From Felis catus (taxonomy: Eukaryota), in assembly GCF_018350175.1 (NCBI RefSeq), contig NC_058369.1, positions 21,268,001 through 21,332,000 on the forward strand: a stretch of DNA of 64,000 nt. The letters are read 5' to 3'. The notes below the pieces were generated by a model that ran no database searches, was not told the DNA's origin, and worked only from the letters and a program-made list of their open reading frames with translations. Shown one piece after another: positions 39,601-52,209 of this stretch. Position 1 is the first letter of the stretch; each line of letters starts with the position of its first letter. Made by a program: the position numbers and the translations under genes.

Positions 39601-40266
39601 TATGCAATAAAGTGATTTTTTACATCAGTTAATAAGGCTTTCTGGTTTTGTTTTACTACTATGGTCCCAGTGCTACTGTTCCACACGTTAAAGGAAAGAA
39701 CAGATGAAGGAAAGGAGCCCAATGACACCAGTAAACAGGGCAGGCATCAAGTAGAAGCTTCACATACCTGTCCCCACCTTCCGAAGCCCTCCCCTGCTGC
39801 AAGGAGCAGACAGTTCCCCTAAGGCCTCTGCTTTGGTGAAAAGGGGTCTGCGGTAAGATCAAACCCTTAGCAAATCTCCACAACAGGGAGGTGGGGGTGG
39901 GGCTATAAGAACACAAGGAGCACTACTACCTTTTCCTAGCAGCTTTTGTAAGGACAAGAAGAAAACTTTATCTTCCTTTAGCCTAGTGTTATAACTTTTA
40001 GGATGTGGGACACAGGGAACCCTGGGTCCTCAACAAATGCCAAAACATTAGTAAGGGTTCCCATACCTGAAACCTCATTCCTTAGCAAACTGCTCAGGCC
40101 GAGAAAGTTATGGTGCAAAACCAGTAGGAAGAGAACAACAACCAGGACCAGGACGATGATGTTTACTGAAACAAAGAGGAAAAGCCTGCATTACATCTCT
40201 TTACCTTTTGAGCAGCTATAAAAACAAGAAAATTTGTAGAAAGAGCATACCTTTACGGAATGACAT
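33689..40266 (-). CDS. GLT8D1: Glycosyltransferase 8 domain-containing protein 1, 371 aa type II membrane protein
   Basis: Exons 40266-40251, 40165-40067, 38208-37995, 36000-35883, 35390-35306, 35117-35005, 34447-34281, 34160-34048, 33879-33689 total 1116 nt. Starts MSFRKVNIIVLVLVVVLFLLVLHHNFLGL (TM anchor); DxD motif in IYMDDDVIVQG; KLLHWNGHFKPW; ends ISNTK*. Confidence 0.96.
35577..35850. mobile_element. Tigger2-like non-autonomous DNA transposon remnant
   Basis: CAGTGGACTCCTGAAGAAC..AACTTTTGACTCTCCCAAAACTTAA..GGACTCATGCAGTTCAAACCTGTGTT. Confidence 0.65.
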
Positions 40267-43200
40267 CTTTCTCTTCTGTCTTATATAAATATTAGTTTTT
40301 AACCCTACAAAACAAAAACAAGCCCCCAAAGTCAGCAGGTACATGAGAATGGCCATCGAAATGCCTCAGCATTTTATTTAGGTAGAAACAAGAAATGCAT
40401 ACAAGTATTTTCTGCCAGAAGCTCATTCTGAATTAATAGTCTCCAAGAACCCAGTTTGGGATCTGAATTTTATATAGTTGTCATGATAATAAAATACTTG
40501 CAAATAACCTGGGAGAAATAGATAGCCTTGTATGTTAAATGTCACCAGATGAAAAGCAAAATAAATTCTACCAAGAGGACTACTTGAGGTCTAACCACTA
40601 TGGAAATGTTCTCCAGGTGAAATTTCTAGTTAAATTAGACATGGACTCTGTTGTCTATAGCCTGAGGTCGGCCTCACTGGCACAAAACGTCCCTGTTCTG
40701 AGTTGTATCCCATTCAGCTTTAACTGGAATTAAAGAGAAAAAATTTTCCAACTTCATTTAAAACAAAATTTCATTTAAAGAGAAATTCATTTAAAGAAAC
40801 ATAATGACAAAAATGCACAAAACCCAATTTTGCCATCAAAATTTGAGACTGCTGTTCTCAAAAATTAAAAATCCCCTAAAAGAAAAATGAGCTTCTTTCC
40901 AGGGTTTCATTTCTGTTGGTTAACTACTCATCTCTTCCTAAAGTGGTGTCCAATACTGTCACTCTGCCTGTGGCTTGTGCTCCTCAGCTCATCTGATGCC
41001 TTCACTTAAAAAAAGATTAATAGCCTGGCTGGCTCTGTCAGAAGAGCATGGGGTTGTGAGTTCAAGCCCTGCAATGAGTGTAAAGATTACTTAAAAAATA
41101 AATAAAAAAGAAAACTGTAAAATAATAATAATGATCATTCAATGAAAATGAGATTGCGTGTGGAACAAAATTAAATGATGAGATTTCTACAACAATCTCT
41201 GGGTAACGTTTCCTTATAAAAACAGGTTTATGCAACCCGGGTATTATAATCCTACCTTTGAGACATTTACCATTTTCTACTTCATCTTCCCCCTTGGAAG
41301 CATCTAACATTTACATAAGGCTACTAAGTTCACAACGCACCCTGAATTATAGCATATTTCTACATCAAAGTAGTGGTGCCTGGGTGGCTCAATTGGTTAA
41401 GCATCTGACTTCAGCTCAGGTCATGATCTTACAGCTCATGGGGGTTCAAGCCCCATGTCGGGCTCTGTGCTGACAGCTCAGAGCCTGGATCCTGCTTTGG
41501 ATTCTGTGTCTCCCTCTCTCTCTGCCCCTCCTCCACTTGCACTCTGTCTCTCAAAAATGAATAAACATTAAAAAAAATTGTTTTTAATACAAAAAATTTA
41601 AATAATTAAATAAAAGTAAGTTTGAATTAATTTCATCTTAAGTGTGTGCCTATCAGGCACTTGATTTCTCAAGACCTTTGAAAAAAAGAGAAAAAAAAGA
41701 AATCTATTGAAGGGTTGTTTTAAGAACTGAAAATCACAGATTAGACTACAAACTGGGGAGAAAATAATTCAGACTCCCAAAGAACAATCTAAAATACATA
41801 CACACACACTCTCTCCCTCTCTCCCATTTCTTTCTAGAGCAGTATATATAAAGTACATTATACCAGTGAACTTCTCTAAAGAATGCACGTCATTATATAC
41901 ACTGTGTGCTTTTCACATGGTGGGCTGAGGCTTACCTACAGAAACTGGTTGACCAGGAGCCCCGCAGACAAAACTCTAACATCTGCCTGCTTGGAGCCAA
42001 TTTCCACCACAAATAAAGAGAACTATCTCACTCGAATAAATCTCATTTAACTTAATGATACAAGGGACAGTGTTTTAGCTCAACAACGTCCAGTAAGTTA
42101 CTTACAGAGAGTATGTGGATTGAGAGGTAATTAGCTAGACACAAGAAAATCACAATCCTGACAGGTACTTGATGTACTTAAATAAACTACCATGGCAGAA
42201 ACCATTTGCTTCTAAAACTTCCACAGTTATCTCTCTGCAAAATGCCAATTATTATGCAGTATGTCTGATCCATATTTTCTTTCCTATTGCTACTCCTTGT
42301 AATGAAACTCACTGATGTGGTTAGAAAGAATTCTCAAAACCTCATGTAGACCCTGGATGTGTAATAGTGGCTATGTTTTTGTAACAGTACACAGCTAAGA
42401 ACAATTTGATCAGCAATATTCAATTTTTCACTAGGGAAGTTAATATTTTGTTTAGAAATTATAAAACCTTCACATTCCCAAATCACTCACAAAACACACA
42501 CACACAACCAGGACAGGCGTATCCAAAAAATATGGCTGATGAAACCTTAGGGAGAAAGAATACCATTTTTTTTTAACTTGCTAGTTACCGGCATTAGCAC
42601 CCATTCTCGGCAGATGTACCCACCTTTTCTGCTCTCCCTCTTGTTAATATGTAGTCCCAAGAAAGGTCATTCCACTTACGCTCTGTAAGCTAATCTCTGC
42701 TTGTTTCCTTGGCACATCAGCAAACTCACTCTCTGCTGGATCACACCCATCAGCATATTATCATGCTCTTGTATCTTTCCAGTTAATTAAAAAAAAAAAA
42801 AAAAAAGACACCACTGCCCTCACCCAGTTGATCCACGGACCCATTTTTCTGCTCCCCTCACTCTAAATGCTTGAAAAAATTTTACCTCTAGCTCTACTTC
42901 CTCATCCTCTTCTTTTAGCCTCCTCCAGGCCAGACTTCTGTCCCTACTGTTCCATTCAAACTCATCTTGTTGAGGTCACCAAAGCCCAAGGTCATTTTTT
43001 AAAATGTTTGTTTATTTTGAGAGAGAGAAAGAGAGAGAGGGAGGGGCAGAAAGAGAGAGAAAATCCCAAGCAAACTCCACATCCAGCGAGGAGCCCAATA
43101 TGGAACTCAATCTCACAACTGTATCTCAGGCCAAGGTCATCTTTCTATCCTGTTATCCATCCCCTCAGAGGCCATCAGGAAAGTTCACCACATCCCCTCC

Positions 43201-44749
43201 TCAATTATGAAATCCTCTCATTTATTTTTTTTTTAATGTTTATTTTTGAGAGATAGAGCATGAGCAGGGGAGGGGCAGAGATGGAGGGAGACACAGAATC
43301 TGAAGCAGGGTACAGGCTCTGAGCTGTCAGCACAGAGCCCAATACAGGGGCTCGAACTCAGGAATGGTGAGATCATGACCAGAGCCCAAGTCGCACACTT
43401 AACCAACTGAGCTACCCAGGTGCCCTTCATTTCTTTGTTTCTTTTTATCTGTCTTCTGGGCCTAGAATGTGAGCCCTAATGAGAACAGAGACCCCAATGA
43501 AACAAAGTGTTTACTGATGTATCCTCACCATCAAAAACCTCCACTGGTAGTGGGCAGGTGATATTTGTTGAATGATCTTGTAAATAGGAGCAATGGTGGT
43601 TGTCAGCTCAGAAAGGGAACACAATCTTTGATAATGGTCATGAAAACACATTTCAACATAAGGAACGACATGGATTCCAGCAGAGATCTCTCTCAAATGG
43701 AACCTCACAAGCAATTTCCTTTTTTCATATCTTCATAGCTCAGTAATGCCTTTATAGCAACTGACACGTTGTAAAGTGCATTTAAAAAGGAGTAAAACAG
43801 GGGTGCCTGGTTGGCTCAGTTGCAGGAGCAAGCAACTCTTGACACCAGGCTGTCAGTCTGAGCCCCATTTTGGGTGTAGAGATTTCCTAAATAAATAAAA
43901 TTTTTAAAAAGGAAGGGGGAGGGTGTAGCAGAGGGATACGTCAATTTCTACATACAACAGAAAGTCTATTAAGTCTCTGCCAGGCTGAAAAGTGGAAAAG
44001 CACTAAAGATATACATCCACCTTCTCCTACCTCTTCATCTGGCTAACTCCTACTTACTTGGCTTTCAGGACTGGAGGGAGCCTCTCCTCCCCTCCCCCTG
44101 CCCCCTTCAAGATGCAGCTGCCCTGAGCTCCCACATCTCCTGGCCCTCCCTATCCAAGAATAAAGCTGGCTGTCATTTATTTCTAGGGTTACACCATTGT
44201 CTCCCTTGACACACTCTGGGCTCTAGGAAGGTAAGGACCTGAGGTTGGTCACAGCCGTATCCCAGGCCCACTGCGTGGCAGAGAAAAAGGTACAGCGAAA
44301 TGTGCTGAATGTATGAATGTGGGCGGCAGCCTGCCCGGGGAAAGCTGAGCATCCCACTGTCTGGGACCCTGACACGCAACACAGCATAGAGGCCAGAGAG
44401 CCACCTGGGATTCACAGGCCCAGGTTCCCTAGGGAGGTTTCTCTCCCAAGCGTGGGCACCCCATCTCGCTCAGGGGTAACAAGGGAAGGCCTAAGTTTTT
44501 GAGATAGACACCAGCTTTGAAAGAGAGGTAAAGGGAACCCTTGGCCCCTATAGGGAGGGGCCGGTGCAGCCGGCGAGCTTGTTGGACGGCCAACCTGGGA
44601 GACTCTCCGAATGGAGGCCATCTCTCCATTTCGGTGCAAGGGACGGCGGAGGCGGGGGGGGGGGGGATCCCCTCTTTGAGAGGATGCCCTTTCTATTGGG
44701 CGATGTGGCCTGGGGTACTGCCCTCTAAATTCTAGGGGTCAATACGGCC

Positions 44750-45800
44750 CCCTTACGCTTAGGGGTGCTAAGGGCGGTGTGACGCTCCGTAGGACCTCCC
44801 CACCCCCCAGGCCCAGAGACCCCCGGTTAGGGCCGGGGTAAGCAGCTCATCGCGGACGCTCCCCGCGGCCGCCCTTACCTGCAGCCAGAGGAGGAGGAGC
44901 CACCGTCCGGGCCCCGGCCCGCCCCGCCAGCTCAGCGCCCGCGCGGCAGGCCCGGGGGCCCAGTCCGCCGCCGGGCCGCCCGCCTCCCCTGCACTCCGGA
45001 CCAAGCCCGCTCGCCTGCTAGCTCCGCGGCCGCGGCGCAGCCCCGACACCTGAAACCCGCCCGCCGCTCCGACCGCGGAATCGTGCCGCCGAACAGGCGC
45101 GCGGGGCAGCCCCACCGCCCGGGTCCTCGCAGAGAAAAGCCGGTCGCCATGGAGACGGCGCGCGCTGGCGGCCGTTAGGCCGCGGGGGCGCCGAGGAGGA
45201 CAGTTTGGAGGGCCGGGGCTGCGGCTCCCGCCATTACACTACTGACGGCTAAACCCTCCCGGACGCGCGATGCCTCTGCTCGACCGCCACCGTCGCCACC
45301 TCAGCCCTCGCGGGCAGTGCGCCGGGCTACAGCCGGCTCCGAAAGCGCAGGTCGCCTAGCGATGTTGCAGGGCGGAGCCTCGGGCCGTCCGGGTCTGTGG
45401 GAGACATCCGCTTCCGGGGCCGCGGCCCTCTTATTGCCCGGCTCTGCGGGCCCGCGGTCCTGCACTTGGAACCCGACCCCGGCGCCTACGATCCCTGAGT
45501 CGCACCTGCCTTCGCTCTGCCGCCAGCTTTCTCAGCTAGTCATGCTGGAGCATCTGAGCTCGCTGCCCACGCAAATGGTGAGGGCTCGACCCCAAGACCC
45601 CCACCCCCACCCCGCACGCTTCTCTGGAGCTGGCAGCTCCGGCGGCCCTTGTCTCTTCCCTGAATTGTGCTTCCCGGGTCCCCGTCTCTCTTCGCCCGCG
45701 AGGAGCCCCCTGCCCATGCGCCGTTAGGATGCTTCAGGTCTCCGGAAAACCTAGAATTTCATTTCTTGTCCGGTCCTTGGGGAGGCCCCTGATGCCGAGG
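44750..45800. promoter_or_regulatory. CpG island; bidirectional GLT8D1/SPCS1 promoter containing GLT8D1 non-coding exon 1
   Basis: GC/CpG-rich. Minus-strand donor GCAG|gtaagg at 44879, ETS-like CTTCCGG ~45410, SPCS1 start downstream on +. Confidence 0.88.
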
Positions 45801-46776
45801 TTGCCCGGTGCCAAAGCTGTGAGGCCAGGGCAGGAACCACCTCTTCGGTGGTGGAACCAATTCCTGCTTTGCTCTCCTTCGCTTCTAGGATTACAAGGGG
45901 CAGAAGCTAGCTGAACAGATGTTTCAGGGAATTATTCTTTTTTCTGCAGTAAGTATTGTTTTTGCATAGTATTCTTTTTCTTCTCCCCCTCCCCCAACCC
46001 CCCTTCCCCCCCCAACCAGCTTGATTGTATTTAATGTACTTCGTTTGTCTCCAGATAGTTGGATTTATCTACGGGTACGTGGCTGAACAGTTCGGGTGGA
46101 CTGTGTACATAGTTATGGCCGGATTTGCTTTTTCGTGTTTGGTAAGAAGATTGTGGGTATTTGGATGTTAGTGGCAAGTTAAGTTCTCTAAATTGGGTTG
46201 GTTTGGTTGGAGCTGGTAGTGAGAACCAGCACCAGCTTTTCAAAACCTCCTCTTTTTGCCATCAGTGTTTCACCTTGCTATCTATCATTGGAAAAGTAGA
46301 ATACCAAATAAGTGGCAGATAAAGTAAGCTGCATAAAAGGATACAGTTCATTTCTTAACAGCAGCTGCTCCAAGCAGTAATCTTAAGGTCAAAACTAGCA
46401 GGAATTTCTTAGGGTCTTCACAATGCGCTCTCCTCACTTTTTAGCTCCTAAAGCCTTATGTGTAAATAGTGAGGCTTGTTTGCAATTCTTAAATATCTTA
46501 TCTGGGTGGATGAGTTTTCACTGGAATGTCAGTTTTGCTGTTGTTTTTTTACCTCTAGAAGCATAGAGGACTTATTTGGGAATATTACACGTAATGCTCT
46601 TTTAAACTTTTGATGTTTAATATTGACGGATTTCCTCTGTTCTGGCTCAGTTGACACTTCCTCCATGGCCCATTTATCGCCGGCATCCCCTCAAGTGGTT
46701 ACCTGTTCAAGATTCAGGCTCCGAAGACAAGAAACCAGGGGAAAGAAAAGTTAAGAGGCATGCTAAAAATAATTAG
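45542..46776 (+). CDS. SPCS1: Signal peptidase complex subunit 1 (SPC12), 102 aa; in-frame upstream ATG at 45362 would give 162 aa
   Basis: Exons 45542-45577, 45889-45948, 46055-46141, 46651-46776 encode [81 protein letters not shown]...RHAKNN*. AATAAA at 47040-47045. Confidence 0.97.
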
Positions 46777-49700
46777 GGTTTTCATGATTCAGCTTTACTG
46801 TTGCACCTGCTTTCGTTTTGTATGAGATGAGCTAAATTGTTTTCGTATCCAAAACATGAGTTGAAACCCATCGCTGCTCCTCCAGCACAGCTGTGTATAC
46901 ATTTTGTTGTCTTTATATTTCATTTCTAACTCCGTTGGCTTTTGACTTATAATTATTTTAGACCTTCTCTTCATAATCTTTATCTGAAATGAGAGCAGAA
47001 AACACAAGTATGCAAAGTTTCAGGTCTACAAAAATAATGAATAAATGCCTCATAAAAGTACAATTTGACTGTCAGAGTTTTATAATTCATTATGAGTGGT
47101 TAAATCGTTTTAAGGTTTTCAGTTAAAACTCAACACCAGTCTATGTCTAAAGAGTCTTTTGTCCATTGTTGTGCAAGCGAACCTACCAGTAAATGCCAGA
47201 GTTAGAAGTTTGTGGTTCTGAAAACATCACTGAGCACCATTTCTATTTTCTGTAGCTGTAAGTTCCTAATGCATGTCTTTCTTGACAACAGTAAGTGCCT
47301 ATGAAAAAATTTAGTGTAAATTTGTGGGATGGTCATAGTTTGGTACCACTAAAATAAGGGTGTTGTTAAGCAGAAAGATTTCAATCCATCCTTTACTTGA
47401 GGTGGAGCAAAGTGGAAACCTATAAAAACTAAATTCTTTTTAAATTTAACAGAGGACTGAACAGAAAAATATTCTAAAGGTTTTGTGTACAGAATGGAAG
47501 TGGGAGAGTTATTGTAGGTGATATTCTATTTCTCAGTACCAGGATACAGGACTTGATAAAATACATGTTTAAAAAATGAGAACAATGACCTTAATAAAAG
47601 TCAGGAAAGCTTAAAGAAAAAAAAAAAGAGAGAAAATTAAGATCACATAAATAAGACTAAGCATATAAATAAGAGTAATTAATGTGATTTAAAAGTTAGG
47701 AGCTCCCAAATAGTGTTAGAAATCAAGTTACCTTGGGGTGCCTGGGTGAACGACTCTTGGTTTCAGCTCAGCTCATGATCTCACAGTTCATGGGTTTGAG
47801 CCCCAAGTTGGGCTGGCTCCGTGCTGACAGCATGGAGCCTGCTTGGGATTCTCTGCCCCTCCCGCATGCATAGGCTCTCTCCATCTCAAAATAAATAAAC
47901 TTAAAAAAAATGAAGTTACCTCCTATTTTCCAGATGACACCCAAAGGTTGAAAACAGGGAAAGGATATCTTAGGTGGATGCAAGCAGAAAGGAGAGGTAA
48001 TTAGAAAGTCATACTTAACATCAGAAATGCGGCAAGGGGGGGACATCTGGAGCTGCCAAAATGTGCTGTTCTGAATCATTATACATTAAATAAGACATGA
48101 AATGTATAAAGAAAGAATTTTACATACGTAAGAGTTTGGCAACGCTACCACTGGGTAGGAGACCAATACTACCTTTCAGATTTTGGTCGATAAGTGGGCA
48201 TATATTGAAAGGGAAGACTTTTGCACTTGTTCTCTATACTTGGAACATTTCCCCTCAGATACACAGGACTTGTTCTTTACTTTCATTCAAGTCTCTACTC
48301 GGATGGGACTATAAAGAAACATCTCCTACTGCCCTGTCAAAATAAAGTGGTATGCCCCATCCTCTATGCACTGATATATCTCACATTACATATTTTTCAT
48401 TGTTGCCACCCCCCCTCCACAGAATGTAAGCTCCATGGGAGGGAACAGGGATCTTGTTTGCTCACTGCTGTTTGCCCAGTACTTCTAAGAGTTGGGGAGA
48501 CATTGTAGGTGCTCAGTAAATAGTTAATGAATGATTCAGAGGTGCATTGCCATTAGTCACCTGGTCTACTTAAGTTTAATTAAAACTAAAATTAAAAATG
48601 GAGTCCTTCAAACTAGCTACATTTCAAGAGCTCAAAAGCCATATATGACCAGTGGCTCCCTTACCATGGAATACAGATACAGAACATTTCCATCATCACT
48701 GATCAGGTCTTCTACAGGTTTGAATAATAGAGAAAGGCAAGTGATTGTGTTTGTGCATAACAATCTTTACTAAATGCCCATTGGACTGTTTCCTCTACTG
48801 GCTCATCTACTGAGCCACAAGGAAGAACAATCCCAAGAAGTAAAAGTTAATGCAGGTCATATTCAGCAACCACACCAATGACTCCCGCCCCCCCAGACAG
48901 AGAGCACGTGAGTGAGCACCAGCAGGGAAGGGGCAGCAGGAGAGGGAAGTAGAGAATCGTAAGCAGGCTCCACGTTCCGTGCAGAGCCTGATGTGGGGTT
49001 CGGTCTCACTACTGACTGAGATCATGAGTCGGACTGAGACACCCAGGTGCCCCGAATTTTTTTGGCTTTCTAAATACATGTATCCCCTACTTTCCAAAAG
49101 CTCGTTTCACGCCACTTCACTTTTCTGAAAGTCTTACGTTACTACAGCAATGGCTTTTTTCATAAAAGCAAAAATCCTCTTCAGATTTCTTTCAGCAAAA
49201 ACAGGTACTACTGTAGGTCTTACGTGTGAAGAACTTTCAGAGAGTGGGAGATACTCTGTTTTTCACCATTTCAGCTTACCAAAGTTTTCATAGGACTGCT
49301 TTTTGGGGGTAGTGAGAAAATATGTATATGGAAATTAAGGAATATTTCTTAAGGAGAAAACAACAATTACTGGCTATTTACAAACTGTCAAAAGTATATC
49401 CAAGTCTGAAATATGGTCAAAGGTATAATGAGAAGAAAATTCATACTGTTAAAGGTGTTTTATATTTAAGAAAGATAAAAAATGATTAAGCACTCAAAAA
49501 CCAGAGAGTAACCAAAAGATACTGGGATGAAAACCAAAATGAATGTTTAGACAAAACTATACAGAATGGGAATAATAACATATGGGGGAGAATTTTTTAA
49601 TTCTAAGAAAATATGTACATTATACAAATTAGAAAACTTAACTAAAACTGATGTCTCTCAAGAAAGATGTATTCATAAAACATGCAAGAAACAGTGAATA

Positions 49701-50990
49701 GTTCAGAAAGACCCACCCACAGTTTGCCAAGGATTTGCCTCAGACTGGGACTGGGATGAGATGGTTTTACTGTTGAGTTCTAACAAACCCTTCAAAGCGA
49801 AAATAAGAGATCTCAGAAACCAGGCTATGAGCACCTTAAGGACAGGGAGTAAGTGTTTTCCTCACCACCATATCCCCAGCTCCTGCCAGAGCACCTGACA
49901 CAGAGTAAAAACTAAAAATCTGTTCAGTGGCTAGAAAGGGAACATTTCATTAGAGTATTTTATGTGTGTGTAATTTTCAAAGAAGGTAAGATAACATTTT
50001 ATATTATAAAAAGTGAAAACGTTTCCGGAACAGCATTCATTTTTAAAGTCCCTTGAATACAAAAGTGAAAATTTACTAATCAAGATTTTTATTTTATAAA
50101 AACAACTTATTTCCCACATGGGAATTACTCCTCATTAAACAACTAATATGTGATATACAGTCATACATTTACAACATGGGAAGACAACCAATAATTTGAC
50201 AGACAAAAAGACAAACTTCAGGAGGTAAGTATGTCCAACATAACTAAAAGGAGCTGGACTTCACTTACAAATTGCTTAACTGGAAAAGGAATTCGTGTTT
50301 TAGAAATGTTTTCACTGATGAAAAGTTACTCTAAAAAAAGCCAGCAGAAACATGGATTTACAAAGCCAAATTATTTCTTACTTTCAATTCTTGCATATCC
50401 TAAATGAGGTTCATATTAAATGAAAATAAAAGGTTTATTAAACATCCATCAATATATAAAAAAGGAACTGCTCAATTACTAGATACTACATATTCTTTAT
50501 ATCTACTCCCAGAATCATGAATTGATTTTCTTAAAAAAATAATTTTTCAACTACTACCTAAGGTTATTAACAATGACAACTCGCATCACTAGACATATTA
50601 TGTCACTTATTTATCCTATTACTTTTATCACTATAGTGCAATATAAAACTTCCAATCCAATATTTTATGGCCCTTACGTATCAAACTAATTAGTACCTTA
50701 GAAAAATAAAATTCTAAATATAAAGTTGGTGGTTTAAGGCTCAGTAAACAGTAACCAAACAAAAGTCTTATAACAGATTTTCCTCATCAAGAGTAAGATT
50801 AGCCACAGATTTTTTTCCTTTGTTTTGTGACATTGCTTCATTTTACTCTGTTCCATCCCATTTTTTCCCCAGTTAAAAAAAAAGATATAAGGATGTTGAA
50901 TGGGCTCCAGCCATTATTATGGGTTTGTTTCTGTTTAAGCCAAAAACCTTTGAAAATAGGTCTTTAGTTCTGGCAGATTAGAATAAATTA

Positions 50991-51083
50991 TCAAAAATTC
51001 ACATTTTCTTCAAAAAATTTCAACTGGCGAGCTTTCACACTATAAGTTGTGTATTTTTCACCCATGTGCTCCTGCAAACGTAC
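50991..51083 (-). CDS. NEK4: NIMA-related kinase 4, last coding exon; rest of gene lies beyond the right edge
   Basis: ccactag|GTA CGT TTG CAG... encodes VRLQEHMGEKYTTYSVKARQLKFFEENVNF*, matching the recalled NEK4 C-terminus and synteny. Minus-strand AATAAA at 50434-50439 and 50088-50093 in an AU-rich 3'UTR. Confidence 0.9.
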   Translation of the reverse strand, partial: VRLQEHMGEKYTTYSVKARQLKFFEENVNF

Positions 51084-52209
51084 CTAGTGGAGAAACAAAA
51101 AGAAAATCAGTATGTAGTAGAAAAAATATTTTTTGCAATTTTAGAAGAAAGGCTTTTCAAGAAAAAAGAGAAGGCTTTTCTTTAAAAAAAAAATTTTTTT
51201 TAATGTTTATTTTTGAGAGAGCGAGCGTGAGTGGTGGAGGGGGAGAGAGAGGGAGACACAGAATCAGAAGCTGGCTCCAGGCTCCAAGCTGTCAGCACAG
51301 AGCCCAACACGGGCCTTGAACTCACAAACTGAGATCGTGACCTGAGCTGAAGTCAGCGGCCCAACCGACCAAGCCACCCAGGTGTCCCAAGAAGGACTTT
51401 TCTAAGCATGATACCAGAGGTGGAAACCACATGGGAAAATGCTATCATTTAAAAAACATTTGAAACTTCAAGATGTCAAAAAATTGTCATGAGATGTTAA
51501 AGAACAAACAATACACTGGGGAAAATTTGCAAATACATGCCAAAGAATTAATACCATTAATATAATATAGAGCCCTTGGGGGTGCCTAGGTGGCTCAGTC
51601 CGTTAAGCATCTGACTCTTGGTTTCACCTTAGCTCATGATCTCATAGTTTGTGGGATTGAGCCCTGTGTTGAGCTCTGCATTGACAGTGTGGAGCCTGCT
51701 TGGAATTCTCTCTCTCCCTCTCTCTCTGTCCCTCTCCCCCACTCTCTCTCAAGAAATCAAACTTTAAACAGCATAGAGTTTCCCTATTTAAAAAAAAATA
51801 GAGCTCTTAGAACCAGTAAAACACATAATATTAGAACATTAGAATTAGTAAAACAACAAAATCAATCCCATAGATAATTCAGCAAAGGCATTTACAAATT
51901 AATACAAATAGCCAATTAAAACAGAAATTTCAATCTAATAATAAAAAATAACATACAATGTGACACTCAATATATGCCTGGAATTAAAATAACACCTAAC
52001 AATATGTTAAACAGATGTCACACACCTCCTATCCAGTGCACAGAGAAGGACACAATATCACTTTTGTGGTATTCCTGCCAAAAATACAGAATCTGAATCT
52101 ATTTAACAGGAAACACATCAAATCCAAACGGAGGGTCATTTTATAAAACATGGCCGATACTCTTCAAAAATGTCCTAACTGTCCCAGATTAGATGAGACA
52201 TGACAAATA

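Larger units (their letters stand above)
1373..51770. repeat. Additional dispersed CAN-SINE copies (approximate): 1373-1550, 2540-2712, 2992-3210, 3300-3479, 4415-4630, 5012-5335, 5423-5530, 6204-6745, 8731-8950, 9290-9470, 10400-10610, 19335-19760, 28661-28845, 34596-34750, 36048-36470, 36990-37199, 41374-41580, 42995-43426, 43801-43905, 47735-47910, 48890-49053, 51190-51388, 51579-51765
   Basis: Each shows the GCCTGGGTGGCTCAGT head and/or CT tract and A-tail. They explain most short MAQSVK-type ORFs in the ORF track. Confidence 0.85.

Noticed and set aside
40205..40215. Apparent 11-nt micro-exon (tatag|CTGCTCAAAAG|gtaaag) in the 85-nt GLT8D1 intron
   Set aside because: The flanking introns would be only ~35-39 nt, too short for mammalian splicing, and inclusion would shift the frame.
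41936..42110. Minus-strand donor-like sites (GTAG|gtaagc, CTCT|gtaagt) as an extra GLT8D1 5'UTR exon
   Set aside because: No convincing acceptor could be assigned from sequence alone; transcript data are needed.
44768..45150. GC-rich minus-strand ORFs over GLT8D1 exon 1
   Set aside because: CpG-island artefact with no recognisable protein similarity. The GLT8D1 start is at 40266.
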